Shown here: positions 1 through 13,181 of the stretch, one piece after another
How positions within the stretch are numbered: the stretch's first letter is position 1
Layout: the number at the start of each line of letters is the position of its first letter
From: Mobula hypostoma
Taxonomy: Eukaryota
Length of the DNA: 64,000 bases
Direction: 5' to 3'
Assembly (NCBI RefSeq): GCF_963921235.1
Contig: NC_086106.1
Location: 25,792,001 to 25,856,000, forward strand
Made by a program: the position numbers and the translations under genes
The notes under the pieces: generated by a model
Seen by the model: the letters and a program-made list of their open reading frames with translations, nothing else
Databases searched by the model: none
Told to the model about the DNA's origin: nothing

Positions 1-275
1 CCCCACGTTTTCCTTCTCCCTGGGACTCCTGTCCCATGATCCTCTCACACCCGTTTTGGCAATCACCTGTCCAGCTCTTGGCTACACCGCTCCCCCTCCT
101 GTCTTCTCCTATCATTCTGGATCTCCCCTTCCCCCTCCCACTTTCAAATCTCTTACTAGCTCTGCCTTCAGTTAGTCCTGACGATGGTCTTGGCCGAAAA
201 CGTCGACTGTACCTCTTCATAGAGATGTTGCCTAGCCTTCTGCGTTCACCAGCAACTTTGATGTGTGTTGCTTAA
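1..275 (+). mobile_element. Penelope-like element 3' end (pLTR) fragment
   Basis: Near-identical to the 3' end of the RT/GIY-YIG element at 40.25-40.5 kb; degenerate hammerhead core at 174-208. Confidence 0.8.
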
Positions 276-1294
276 ACACCCCTCTTTCTGGTTTCCCTTG
301 TCCCGTTCTGTCTGCTATCCGTCTCTCTCCCTTAGTTCGTTCTCAGTCCCTCCTTCCCATTTATGATATTTGTTCCTTTCTCTCCCCTGCCCTCACTTGC
401 GTTCTCCCAATCTTATTTCTTATTTCTCTATCACTGACCTCACTTTCTTCCGTCTCTCTCCTCCGCTCTATTTGACTATCTGCATTTACATCCAGATCTA
501 CTGCGTGGTCTTTCGTGTACCTCCAGTAGTTTGCGTGTGCTGTAAAAAATGCAGAAAAAATCTCCATTGATCAAGTGATTGGTCATTTCCCTACGGCTGG
601 AGACAGTAATGCCACAAGTAGGAATGGTAATGCGCATTACTATTCATTGGCCTGTATCTCGGTGACACCTCTCGAACACTCTGCCGAAATCGTAGAGGAA
701 AAAGTAACGGTCTCTATTCTTGTTTGGGCTCTTTATATAAAGGGACCATACGCGCCAGGAAGTACATTCACAGAAGCTCTACTTGGGGTAAAGCAGTGGA
801 CATTTGAGCAGAATACTGAGCACATCGGTGTTTTTAGGGATGATGTTCTGGCGTTTTGAAAAGAAAATTGATCAAGCAATCTTATTTCTTCATTAAAGAT
901 AAGCAATGCTTGTGTTCAACATACAAGACACAGAGAGGGATTTTGAAGGCAACTACAGAGAGAACGCATGGGACGGTTAGGGCAAATAGACATTGATAGG
1001 ATTCAGAGACACTAGAAGTCAGGTCATAGTATACAAGAGATACTGCTAATGTGAATTTGCATATCACGAATTAGATCTCGCTTGAATTATTATGTTTGGC
1101 CGGGTTCCAGATAAAAGAATGGTGACAGTCAACGACATAGGCTGGAGGGTGATATATCGCGGCAACAAATGGCTTCAGCTGATGGGATTGAATAGAAAGG
1201 AAGACAATCACATAAAGGGGCGTATTTGAGTCGATAAGAACAGTTAGGGACAGGAAATGTTCCACACTGTAGGCTTATTCAGAAAGTCAGAAGG

Positions 1295-2374
1295 CATGGG
1301 TTCTAGGGAAGTTTGGCCAGGTGGATTCTGAATTGGCTTGCCTGCAGAAGGCAGAGTGTCGTGGTGGAGGAGGTACATTCACATTGTAGGATTGTGACTA
1401 TTGGTGTCCCACAAGGATCTATTCTGGGAGCTCTACTTCTCGTGATTTTTATTAACGACCTGTATGTGGGGGTAGAAGGGTGGGTTTGCAAGTTTGCAGA
1501 CGACACAAAGGTTGGTGGTGTTGTAGATAGTGTAGAGGATTGTCAAATATTGCAGAGAGACATTGATAGGATGCAGAAGTGGGCTGAAAAGTGGCAGATG
1601 GAGTTCAACCTGGAGAAGTGTAAGGTGGTACACTTTGGAAGTGCAAACTCCAAGGCAGCGTACACATTAAATGGAAGGATACTTGGTAGTGTGGAGGAGC
1701 AGAGGGATCCGCGGGTACATTTCAACAGATCTCTGTAAGTTGCCTCACAGGTGGATAGGGTAGTTAAGAAAGTTTATGGGGTGTTAACTTTGATAAGTCG
1801 AGGGACAGAGTTTAAGAATCGCGATGTAATGATGCAGCTCTATAAAACTCTGTTTCGGCCACACTTGGAGTACTGTGTCCAGTTCTGGTCGTCTCACTAT
1901 AGGAAGGATGTGGAAGCATTGGTACAGAGAAGATTTACCAGGATGCTGCCTGGTTTAGAGAGTATGCATTATGATCAGAGAGTAAGGGAGCGAGGGCTTT
2001 ACTCTTTGGAGAGAAGGAGGATGACAGGTGACATGATAAAGGTGTACAAGATAATAAGAGGAATAGATAGAGTGGATAGCCAGCGCCTTTTTCCCAGGGC
2101 ACCACTGCTCAATGCAAGAGGACATGGCTTTAAGGTAAGGGGTGGGAAGTTCAAGGGGGATATTACAGGAAGGTTTTTTACTCAGAGAGTGATTGGTGCG
2201 TGGAATGCACTGCCTGAGTCAGTGGTGGAGGCAGATACACGAGTGAAGTTTAAGAGACTAGACAGGTATATGGAGGAATTTAAGGTGGGGTCTTATATGG
2301 GAGGCAGGGCTGAGGGTCGGCACAGCATTCTGGACCGAAGGGCCTGTACTGTGCTGTACTATTCTATGTTCTAT
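1295..2374 (+). mobile_element. CR1-group LINE, 5'-truncated 3' fragment
   Basis: ORFs 1313-1738 and 1751-2386 give RT C-terminal motifs (GVPQGSILG, FADDTK, RPHLEYCVQFWS); ends in a (TTCTATG)n tail. Confidence 0.9.
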
Positions 2375-3501
2375 GAAATCAGATAGGACACCGGTTTCAG
2401 ATGATCTTTGTAAGCACAAAATACACTGCAGATTCTGGGGTCAAAGCAACACGCACAACACGCTGCAGATACTCAGCAGGTCGAGCAGCATCCGTGGAAA
2501 CGAAAGTTTCGGGCCGAGATCCTTCGTATTGACGTGTTGTGCGTGTCACATGACCTTTGAATGTACCACTGACAGGATCTGCAAATTACCGATAAACTAC
2601 TGCTCAGTGATACCGTCTCCACTCCTTCGGTCATTAATTCTGTGGGATGGTGCATTACGGAATCAGCCTCACTCCGATCTGTAACAAACCCGCGAGTCTG
2701 TGAGCGGTGCCTCATCACACTGACCATGTAGGAATCGGGCTATTCAAGTAAACAGAACTTTACTGCAGAACAGCCTTGAGGATCCGCATATACCACAATG
2801 GGGACTTCGTGACCGCATTAATTTCAATAGCGGTACTTTTTGACAATATTACCCCGATAGAAGAGAATCAGCAAATATTATGTGGGCAATAGGCGTCATT
2901 TTCTCCGCATCGGATTGGACTTTTGCTCAAGATGAGTGGATCGTGGAACCAATCGGAAAATGAATGTGCTACTACAATCCTCATCGGACCTTCTCGCACC
3001 TCCTCCTGCTACCAGTTTCCTCCCCTCGCTACCCCCTTTCCTTCCCACTACCTCCCTGGCATCTCTCTCTCTCCTTTTTTTCCTATCTTTATTTTCCCTC
3101 ATTCCCACCTTCCCTCTCGTTTTATCTCTCTCACTATTTTTTCTCTCTCTGCCTCTTTCTATCTTCTGTTTCCCCTCAGTCTCTGATATATCCTCTATCT
3201 CTAATTACCTTATTATTTAAATTTCCGTCACTACCTGCCCCTCGACATCTGCACAATACCTCTCTCTGAATTCTATTTCTCTCTCTTTCTCCCCTCACTC
3301 TGGGTATTTTTGAGGTTTGCGAGTTTCGGTTTAGTTTTCCTGCGGCTGGTGTGTGCGGTGGGATTTATGTTTTCTCTCAGTTACAGTTTTTTGTTCTCTA
3401 AGGCCATCTGGAGAAGGGACAGATTTCAGAACTGTATTCTAGATACCTACACAGTAAAATGACGGATAGTACCTCAAAGCAACTTAATTTTTGCTACGCA
3501 A

Positions 3502-4596
3502 ACACGAGGAATTCTGCAGATGCTGGAAATTCAAGTAACACACATCAAAGTCGCTGGTGAACGCAGCAGGCCAGGCAACATCTCAAGGAAGAGGTACAGT
3601 CGAAGTTTCAGGCCGAGACCGTTCATCAGGACTAACTGAAGGCAGAGCTAGTAAGAGATTTGAAAGTGGGAGGGGGAGGGGGAGATCCAAAATGACAGGA
3701 GAAGACAGGAGGGGAAGGGATGGAGACAAGAGCTGGGCAGGTGATTGGCAAAGGGGATATGAGAGGATCATGGGACAGGAGGTCCGGGGAGAAGGAAAGC
3801 TGGAGGGGCGGAGAAAGCCCAGAGGATGGGCAAGGGGTATAGTCGGAGGGACAGAGGGAGAAAAAGGAGAGTGAGAGAAAGAATGTGTGCATATAACTAA
3901 CGGATGGGGTACAAGAGGGAGGTGGGGCATTAGCGGAAATTAGAGAAGTGAATACTCATGCCACCAGGTTGGAGGCTACCCAGACGGAATATAAGGTGTC
4001 CTCACCTACCACTCCACCAGCCTCCGCGTCCAACATATTATTCTCCGTAACTTCCGCCACCTCCAAAGGGATCCCACCACTAAATACGTCTTTTCCTCCC
4101 GCCTCTCCTGCTTTCCGCAAGGATCGCTCCATAAATGACTCCCTTGTCCATTCGACTCCCCCCCCCCCGCCCCCACCAATCCCTCCCATCCGATCTCCCT
4201 CCTGGCACTTATCCTTGTAAGCGGAACAAGTGCCATTACACTTCCTCCCTTACCACCATTCAGGGCCCCAGACAGTCCTTCCAGGTGAGGCAACACCTCA
4301 CCTGTGAGTGGTCTGGGGTGATATACTGCGTCCGGTGCTCCCGATGTGGCCTTCTATATATTGGCCAGACCGACGCAGACTGGGAGATCGTTGTGCTGAA
4401 CACCTACGCTCTGTCCGCCAGAGAAAGCAGGATCTCCCAGTGGCCACACATTTTAATTCCACATCCCATTCCCATTCTGACATGTCTATCCACGGCCTCC
4501 TCTACTGTAAAGAAGAAGCCACACTCAGGTTGGAGGAACAACACCTTATATTCCGTCTGGGTAGCCTCCAACCCGATGGCATGAACATTGACTTTT
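3502..4596. mobile_element. Penelope-like element fragment with inverted 3' portion
   Basis: About 3502-3995 is the reverse complement of the element 3' end; about 3996-4596 encodes the GIY-YIG region (GVIYCVRCSRCGLLYIG) on the plus strand. Confidence 0.85.
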
Positions 4597-5030
4597 AGGA
4601 AGCGAATGTCAAATGAAATTTATCTTCATCAGAAGTATTTAGTGTGACAGCATGTACAATGCTGTCTAGTCATGTACAACCTCAGTATCCCGAGGTTGCA
4701 CTCTTCTTCAGTGTTAATCGCTCAAGGTAGTGAAAAATGAAGTCCAGCAAAAAAGTTAACCACAAGATAGTCTTCTTGGCAACAGAGAGACATGGACATG
4801 CTTCGGAAATGCTTCGGAAAGCCGCCACAATATCACGAGGTAAAGCGAAATTTAAGAAGTGTTCCTCAAGTTTGATCGCATTTTGCAGCTGAATGCAGCA
4901 TTTCAAATCGACCACGTGATCCTCATGCTTTCTGCGTACAGCTGATCCAGTTCCCCAGCAAATGGTGCCCTCTAGTGATCACGTAACACTGGATTTTGTG
5001 CCAGACCCTCTCCCTCCCTGCAACACTGAG

Positions 5031-5320
5031 TGGGTCCTTCACACAGAGGTGCTTTATACACCAGAGTCAGGAACAAAAATTCCAGAGATACTTGAATGAG
5101 CTGACTCTGCGTCTGTGCATTACAACTGTAAACCTCGCCCGACATTCTGAGGCAGCTCCAGTTTTCCTCAGTCATAGAGCTTCAGCAGTTTTTAGGAGAT
5201 TCTCTGCGATGCTGTTTGTATCAAACATGTTTGTCTTAGTTCGCGTGAAACTGCATTTCAGTGTTATAATCTGACTTTCGTCAGCCGATAATTTAGGAGC
5301 AGAATTGTACTTTCTAGTCC
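5031..5320 (-). pseudogene. TCR V pseudogene, family B (V exon only, leader deleted)
   Basis: Acceptor ttgcag at 5321-5326; remnants QIITLKC, ECRARF, ISGIFVPDSGV in different frames, with stops; heptamer mutated to CTCAGTG (5024-5030); intron fused to a family-A 3' flank. Confidence 0.85.
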
Positions 5321-5852
5321 CTGCAATAAAGAACAGATCATCCGACAGATAATCTGTCCGATTAACTAAATACTCAGTATAAATCATGAGTAGCTGTTGT
5401 ATCTTCCTTAATTTCAGTGGATTGTTCATTTCCGGCTTTCATTGTCATGCCACTTGCAATTATCTGTCATTCTGAAAAGCAACAATTTTGCTACACTCTG
5501 TTTTCCATTGAGCACTTTAAACATATCCCGGTTCCACTCGGTCCGTTTAATTTTCCTTGCAAACAAACGGACAAAGTGGCCAAAGACAATGTCAGTCAAG
5601 GCTGTCCATCGTTATATACCCTTACAACAGAAGAAGATGGGCGAATGCACATTGCGTTATTCAGGAAGTGAATTGCAAATGTGCAGTTCGGTTGCGACTT
5701 ATAATCAGAAACTGTTCCTTCAGCTTCGGCGCCTTGTGCTGCTGCTTACGCGTGCAGGGCACGTGACCATGGATGATTTCCGGGTGCGTCCCTTCCAGAT
5801 TCGCCGCGAAAAGGCGCCCTCCTTTACGAGTTTTTTGCATCATACAGGACCA

Positions 5853-5891
5853 GTTTTTTGTCCGGATCTGCTGTCTCCATACAACAGCGTG
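5853..5891 (-). other. 23-RSS of V at 5.9 kb
   Basis: Heptamer CACGCTG (5891-5885), 23-bp spacer, nonamer ACAAAAAAC (5861-5853). Confidence 0.85.
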
Positions 5892-6310
5892 GTCCTCATT
5901 GCACAGAGATACCTGCCACAGTCCGACACGAGCGTTTCACGGATCTTTAATTCAGCCGTCTTGCTGTCCTTAGCCAACTAGCGGTAAACCGATGCATTCG
6001 ATTCATTTCTCCACTGCCAAATGTCTCCAGCAAATAATTTGGAGGTTTCCCACTTTGTTGAATGTACCAAAAGATATATGGATTATCGTAAGTGTAATTA
6101 CAGTTCAGTGTTATGTTCTGGCCTACCTTGGCCGTTAAATCGGGATGATCCTGCTTCACTGAATCATTCCCACTCGCTCCTGCAATAAAGGACAAAATAC
6201 ATCAACGACGCCGGCTTGTATTGAACGCAGAGATAATTCGCCAGCCACCTTCGCAGACACTCACCAGGCAGCACAGTCAGTGTAATCAATAATAAACAGA
6301 GCGAAATCAT
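5892..6310 (-). pseudogene. TRAV: TCR alpha/delta-type V, family A short-CDR2 subgroup, single-base frameshift
   Basis: Leader 6310-6265 MISLCLLLITLTVLPG, GT donor, AG acceptor at 6180-6182, V exon 6179-5892 (288 nt vs 289 in the intact paralog). A 1-nt deletion near 5970 shifts FR3; the downstream frame reads KTAELKIRETLVSDCGRYLCAMR. Confidence 0.88.
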
Positions 6311-6481
6311 GGTGTATAAATTCTGACTGAATCTAACGTCAGCTGCCTTCAAGGACGTAAGTATTACTGAATAGATATTGTGTTGTGAGGTCTTTTCAGC
6401 TATACCTTTCACGATATGTAAGAGCGGGTGCGTTTTCTTGGTCAAAGGACTGACTGACACAATGAACCGCGATTTTCTGAG

Positions 6482-6491
6482 CACCAATCAG

Positions 6492-6495
<4 letters not shown>
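6482..6495 (-). promoter_or_regulatory. Inverted CCAAT / Y-box (CTGATTGG on the coding strand) of V promoter
   Basis: caccaatcagaatc about 175 bp upstream of the ATG; the same motif sits upstream of other family-A leaders. Confidence 0.6.

Positions 6496-6569
<74 letters not shown>
6495..6569. repeat. (CT)n microsatellite
   Basis: Pure CT dinucleotide run. Similar runs at about 15895-15963, 20978-21018, 41051-41092, 42362-42413, 49295-49340 and 59890-59950. Confidence 0.95.
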
Positions 6570-6574
<5 letters not shown>

Positions 6575-7515
6575 CAAGATGTTCTTACAGGCAACGAACA
6601 TATAGTAGAAATGCTTCGGAACCCGCCACAATATTCTGAGGTAAATCTAAATTCAAGAAGTATTCCAGAGGTATGGGTTTCACATTGTGTTGGACTGAGA
6701 GCGTTTCCCTGTTTAAAGGATCCGTTGCCAGAAACAGCCGACACCTTCTGAGCACCAATCAGAATCTGTTTTGTTTCCATAGTATCATTCTGACTATTTC
6801 TTTGCTTTATCCTGGTAACGCGTCCTTCCCTCTCTCTCTCTCTTTCTCTCTACCTGTCTCCCTCTCTCCATTTCTCTCTCTCTCTCACCTGTCTCACGGT
6901 ATGTAGAACATCTTCCCTAACCCTACATCTTACTCAAAAGTGCTAGAGCACATTTATCAATAAAATGATAAGTATTTGTCACCCTATCTTTCAGTGTCAT
7001 ACCATTCGTTATGCATAGTCAAATCGAGGAACACCGATTTTCCCCCACTCTCTGACATTCTTTATTGAATACATTCCACATGCGCATTCGCCTTGATCTG
7101 TAGCATTTGATGTTGCACCGCATTCAATATTTTCTATCTCCAAGTTCGACGATAACCTCACGGTTGCTCCATTAAGGATCCCTGACAAACTGGCAAAAAA
7201 ACAACGTTGAATACAGTTGACTACCGTGATATGGCATCCCATGCAAAAGAGGGTATTTAGATACTGTAGATATACACGAAATGCAATGTAATGCTTTCAA
7301 TTGAGTTGCATCCAGGATAACTACTCAAGCTCGACATATGTTGCGACCAAGCGGCGCCCATTTAAGTCGACCACGTAACCTTACTAATATCTGTGTCCGC
7401 TCCTTGCAGTTAAATGGCAAAAGCAAAACAGGCCCTCCGCTGACATTTATTGCATCACCCAGAACTGTTATATTTCTGTTTACGACCAGACCAGAGGTTT
7501 CCCTGCAGGAGCGTG

Positions 7516-8170
7516 GTTCCTCATAACACAGAGGAACATTGTGCTGTACAACAGACAGCTCCAAGATATTCTTGGCGTTAACTCTAACCAGACATTATGG
7601 AGGACGCTCGAAATTTTCCTGGAATTATTTTAGAGATTCCCCGCAATGTTGATTGCACTAAAAGTAGATACGCCAGCGCTAGTGTTGTGTTCTCTCTTAC
7701 TCAAACTTTAATTGAAGGGAAGCCTACATCACTAATTTATTTCACTTAATAAAAGGTTGAATATTGGAAGACCCCTGGCTTGCACTAATCTTACTAGAAT
7801 CAGTTTGACACCACTTCCCGACACTCGCTGGGCAAAAGGCCAGTGAAAGCTATAAGGAACAAAGGAATGGCGCATGGCGTTGGGCTTCTGACTCTGTCGA
7901 AAGGCAGTCTAGTTTCCAAGTAGCTACTTTTAATTGACAGATATTGGAAATCGTTACTATAAGTAAAATTCAGTGTTATGGTCAGTCCTTCTTCGAGCGT
8001 AAATTCAGGAGGGTCCAGTTTTACTAAATCTTCCCTCTCGCTTCTGCAAGAAAGAACATGTGCATGAGCATCCCTGGTTTGCAATGAAACCACGGGCCAC
8101 TGATTGCCCATCACAGAGACTCACTGTACAGAACATATAATGTAATTAGTGAGGAACGGAGGGGACCAAT
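7516..8170 (-). pseudogene. Highly degenerate TCR V pseudogene split by a ~270-bp insertion
   Basis: 5' part EDLVKLDPPEFTLEEGLTITLNFTYSND (8043-7945); 3' part YF*CNQHCGESLK*...FLCVMR (about 7670-7516); heptamer CACGCTC at 7515-7509; donor gtgagt at 8124-8119. Confidence 0.7.
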
Positions 8171-10505
8171 AGTGTTGGCACAGACGACAGATCAGAAGTG
8201 AAATTGTAGGGTGAGAATGAATCAGCGACATCGATCTCCGTGGGTAGGATGTGGGGCGTTTTCCTGCTAAAGTATTAGATGATAAAGCGGAATCGGGCTT
8301 ATTTACGCAGAAATCGGCATCCACTTTCGTTCTTTCCCTTGCTGCTATTTTTTCCGTTCCATCAATCATCGAAGTCATCAGGGAATCTGATAACTATCGC
8401 TGCCCTACAGTCTCCCTACACCCTACGTGCCTACCTTTCCACAAATCTTTACTTTGTCGTTTCCTCTCTACCGTTGGTGATCGTCCTCTCGTGTTCCCTG
8501 CTCTGTTGCAGTCGCTGAAACATTGAGTTATTGAGGCTCCAAGACAAATGGGTGACGTGGTCGAGTGTTCAAGATGGACTAAATTTCCATTGCCTCTACA
8601 TGCGGGTGTTCCCATCCCACCCTGGTCTATTGAAGTAATTTCTACTGCTGTTTATCGGTGACTTTTTTTTGAATGGAAAGAATGGACGTTTAAATCCGAA
8701 ATGACGCCTAACGGCGACTCCTTTGCTTGTGCCTTGGGAAACAGTTCAATTTCCATCTTGAATATCTCTATTTTATTCACTTTCAGGGTTCTTTTGAAGA
8801 GCCTGACACGGAGTTACGTGCTGACTTCAGTTCTTTGAGAAATCGGGCCTGCTCCCGGGGTTCCGCGACTGACCGTTATTCGATATCAAGGATGCGGCCT
8901 GAGAGTTCAGTGGCTCTGAGACGGGCGGACCGACGTGCGCTGTCTCTGCAGGAATCCGGTGTGTCGAGTGCACTAGAGAAGGAGAGCAGGGAGTTGGCTG
9001 CTGGCTGTGTGCCCCTAGACCCTCTATATTTGGGCACAGAGCTCGGAAAACGGACTTTTGACGTCGCCAATCGCCGATGTTTGTTATGTCTCCCCTCTGA
9101 ATGTGAAACGGAGACACCTATTTCTCCCTTATCAGGTAGAGAGAGACCTGTAGTATGTCGAATAACGGGTGAACAAATAGTCTTTCGGGTAGTGGAAGTC
9201 TGTGTCTCTGCTGATGCTTTGCTGCACGCTTAAGTTACGGTGGTGGGTGCCGAACCCTTTTTTGCTGGTGGAGGAGAGGGGATTGTTGATTTGCTGCTGT
9301 TTTCGCGTTGGACGGAGGAGCTGCGGGTGGTGTTGCGGTTCTAACATTTAAATGTCGTTCATTCTTTGGGGGTAGTCCTCTGTTTTTCCTGGATGGTTGC
9401 GAAGAGAATGTATTTTAGCATGTATATGCTACATATTTCTCTCACATTAATTGTACCTTTGAAGCCTTTGAAATCTAATCAGCGTTGACAAAAGAAGAAA
9501 TAGGACCACATGACTTGAAATATTAGGCTCGTCTAAAAAGATCTGAGGGGAGAGGACGTTTAGGCTTTTCATCAGCACGTTCTCCTGTAAATGTCCAAAG
9601 GGCAGTAGTGCGCAAAAAAACAGAAGTCTCATACATCTTATATTTATCAGGATGGCCATTGCTGATCCAAGGTGAGAGTGTTAACGTGATTACGGCTCTC
9701 CATAAATCAAATTATCGTAAAATGCAACTCGTAAAAGTCAACGTGGAAGAGCACAGCCTTTCCAAATCAGCTTCAAGTATTCTATATCTGTTGTGAACAG
9801 AAGAGAGCAGCTGCGTTACGATCCACACAGAGACCTTACAATGCACATGAAGCCACAGTCAGCGCCGTGGACGTAAGGTCCATGATCCGTGGAAAGTACC
9901 AGGACTGGGTGGTGTCTAAGGCACTATGGTTAGTTGCTGCATAACTCAGTTCGCGGGGCTAGATGCTTAACATTTTCACCTCGTCCCACTTCAATATGAG
10001 GCTCTTACCTGGCTTAGAATATTACTATTAAGTTTGCACCTCAGAACAAATGTAAAGTAACGTGCCTAATTGACCACCGGCCAGTGACTCTGAATCTCTG
10101 AATCCATCATCATTACGTGATAATGGCACAGATTAACTCTAGCTATCCAGCCAAACTCGACCCACTACTGTTCACTACTACCAAAGTAATTTAACAGTGG
10201 ACGCCTACTTCCTAGTCTTACATGCTTCTACGGGTGTACTTGAAGCGAACCCACATTCGCTAGACAGCTGTTATCAGCTGCGCTATGTAAAGTCCCAGTT
10301 TGGGTGCGCGTTGTAATCAGGAACATTCCTTTAGCTGCCACGTCCTGTGCTGCTGGTTGCAGCGGTCTTAAGTAAGGCAGAAAACCATGGCTGATTTCCG
10401 ATTGCGCCCCTCCCACTTTCTGGGCAAAAAGAGAGCACTGAGAGCATTTTGCATTATTCAGGACCAGTTTTTCGTCCGGACCCGCCATCTACATTCAACT
10501 ATATG

Positions 10506-10801
10506 ATACTCATTGAACAAAGATACATGCTGGAGTCAGAAACATGAGCTTAAACGATCTGCAATTGAGCTGTCTTGCTGCCTTCCTGCAGAATAGCGGT
10601 GAATCTCACTGGGCAATCTGGATGCCGCTGTATTCTTCCTGTGCTATATAGCATCAGCAAATAATTTGGAGGTTTTCCACAATGCTGAATCCACCAAAAG
10701 ATATCTGCATCATCGTTGGTGTAATTACAGTTCAGTGTTATGGCCTGTCCTTTTTCAACCGAGCCTTTCTGAGTGCCAATCAGAATCTGCTTTGTTTCCA
10801 T
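10506..10801 (-). pseudogene. Leaderless TCR V pseudogene, family A
   Basis: EKGQAITLNCNYT...IFWWIQH...HPDCPVRF...LQIV*AHVSDSSMYLCSMS with an in-frame TAA. Heptamer mutated to CATATAG (10505-10499) with a 23-bp spacer. The V exon 5' end is fused directly to promoter sequence at about 10756. Confidence 0.88.
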
Positions 10802-12578
10802 TCGTCATTCTGGGTTCTTCTCCGCTCATTCAAGGTCCCGCGTCAACCCCCCGCCCTATTCCGTCTCTCTGTCTCACACTCTCTCTTTCTCAGTGTGCCC
10901 AACTGCCTCTGCCCCCGTTCTCTGCAGAATTACAGCATATTCACATACTTATCGATGTGCAATCCAGATGAATTATGAATTTTCACGTGGTCACTTCGTC
11001 GCTTTCGTCAATATTACGCTGGAAGTATGTATTTATTCATTTGTTTATTTAGTCAGTTATTTGGAGATATATCCCACAATTGTCCCTTAGCTCAACATTT
11101 ATCGGTCTTCCGGCATTGAACTAGTTATTCAATGTCAGCAAGTGTTCGTCTGGTTGTTCCCTAGTCTTTGTTTTCTGTTAGGGAGCCAATCTCCTATCCA
11201 CGCCAATAGACTCCTGACATCACCCTTTACGCAGCCACCACTCCTTTCGTTAAAAAAAAATCACATCTGGCAGTCCCCTTGTAATTGTTTCCCATCGCAA
11301 AATATCGTCCTCTCGCATGATCCATTTTCACACTTAGGTTGTCCACTCTGTCTTGCTTCTTGTCATATTATACATAGCTACAAACTAACCCCTCATCTTC
11401 CGTCTTTCCAAAAAAAAAAATAACTTGTTCCCAGAAACTGAAACGTCCCGGGAAGTATGCATGCACTTCCGGATGTGCAACTGAACTTCAGCATTACCAT
11501 TCGCCCTCCTTTAATCGTCAATGCAGAGAGCTTAATCCTTCCCAAACGGTTCTACAAAAGAGGGACAAAATGACTAAACATCCATTGCTCCTGCTGCACC
11601 TGCAACACACCCACTGTATATTCGCCCAAAAATTCACCAGGCAACACAGCCCATATAATCAGTAGCAATCAAGGAAGCACATGGTGTCTGCTTTCAAGCG
11701 CGATCTAAATCCAGATTACATACAAGAAGCTAGTACCACAGATTTGAAGGAATGTTATCAGATACGCTGCACCCTTCATTTCGTGTAAAACCTGTGAATA
11801 TTGCTCTGCTAAATGGGAATTGAACCGGGGAAGGCACAGCTGAGCCTGTTTAGCCACCGATCTGACTGGAACTACTACACACTGTTTAGTTCTATATTTC
11901 TATTCTACTTGGCGATCTCAAACCTCATCTCTTCGTTCCTTCTTCCTCCTATATTTCCATCCCTGTGTCACTCAGTCGCCCAATGGCTGCCTGTATATTC
12001 CAATCTCCATTTTTTCTAAATCATCAATGCAGATGTTAACTAGTTGTGGGAACATCGTTTAATCCACTTCCAGTCCACTCGGGATTCATTTTCAATCCGA
12101 AAGATAAACACCCGTTTTTCTCCACTTTGAGGAAGCTAATGTTAAATGACGCCACCTAAAATTTATCTTCATCTAAGCATTTAGTGTTACAGCTAATAGG
12201 ATGTTGTCTGGTCATATACACCCTCAATATCTCCAGATTGCACTCATCTTCACTGCTAATCCCTCAAGGTGGTGGAAAATACTGTCCAGCAAAAAAAAAG
12301 CCAGAAGATATTGTTATAGGCAGGAAAGACAGACATGGTCACCGAGATGTAGTAGAAATGTTCCGGAAAACCGCCACGATATCCCTAGGTAAAGATAAAT
12401 TTAAGAAGTTTTCCACAAAGTTTGGCGCATTTTGCTGCTGAATACCGCGTTTTAAGTTGACCACGTGATCCTCATGCTCTGCGCGTGCAGCTGTTCCAGT
12501 TTCCCAACAAAAGTCGCCCTCTTGTCATCACACAAGGCTGGATGTTGCCCGTAACCGCTGTCGCACTGCAACACTGAG

Positions 12579-12988
12579 TGGTCCATTGAACAGAGGGATA
12601 CGCCAGAGTCCGGGACAAGAATTCCAGAGATATTTAAATAAGTTTTTTCAGCGTTTGTGCACGTCAGCTGGAAACCTCGTCGAATATTCTGGAGGCCGCT
12701 CCAGTGTTCCTGAGACATGTAGCTTCAGCAGTATTTTTTCCGAAATTTTCAGCAATGCTGAGTGTATCAAAATATTTGCATTAGTTCGTGTATAATTTCA
12801 GTGTTATGATCTGACTTTCGTCAGCCATTAATTTATGAGCATTCTAGATCATTCAGTTGTTCCCTCTCGTTCCTGCAATGAAGCGCAGAATGCTGTAATA
12901 TCCCTGACTTGCTCTGAACTAACGTGGCACTCTCGGGTTGTGTATGCAGGGTGACGAATGTAATCAATGATAAACGGAGGGAACACAT
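12579..12988 (-). pseudogene. TCR V pseudogene, family B
   Basis: Leader MCSLRLSLITFVTL (ATG 12988, no GT donor); V exon 12872-12579 with stops and frameshifts, ending NISGILVPDSGVSLCSM; RSS CTCAGTG-23-GCAACATCC. Confidence 0.85.
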
Positions 12989-13181
12989 ACTCCCTGTCTT
13001 CAGAGTCGACAGAACGGCAACTTACTTCCGAGAATTTAACACTACGGCAAGTATTGAAGAGTAAAAGTGTATCAGAAGAGACTTCACGGTGCCCTGCTCA
13101 ACGATGGCAGATGACACAAACTGAGGCTACATGTGGACGAATCAGAATCCGCTTTCTTTGAATTCCCATTATTGCCTTTTT

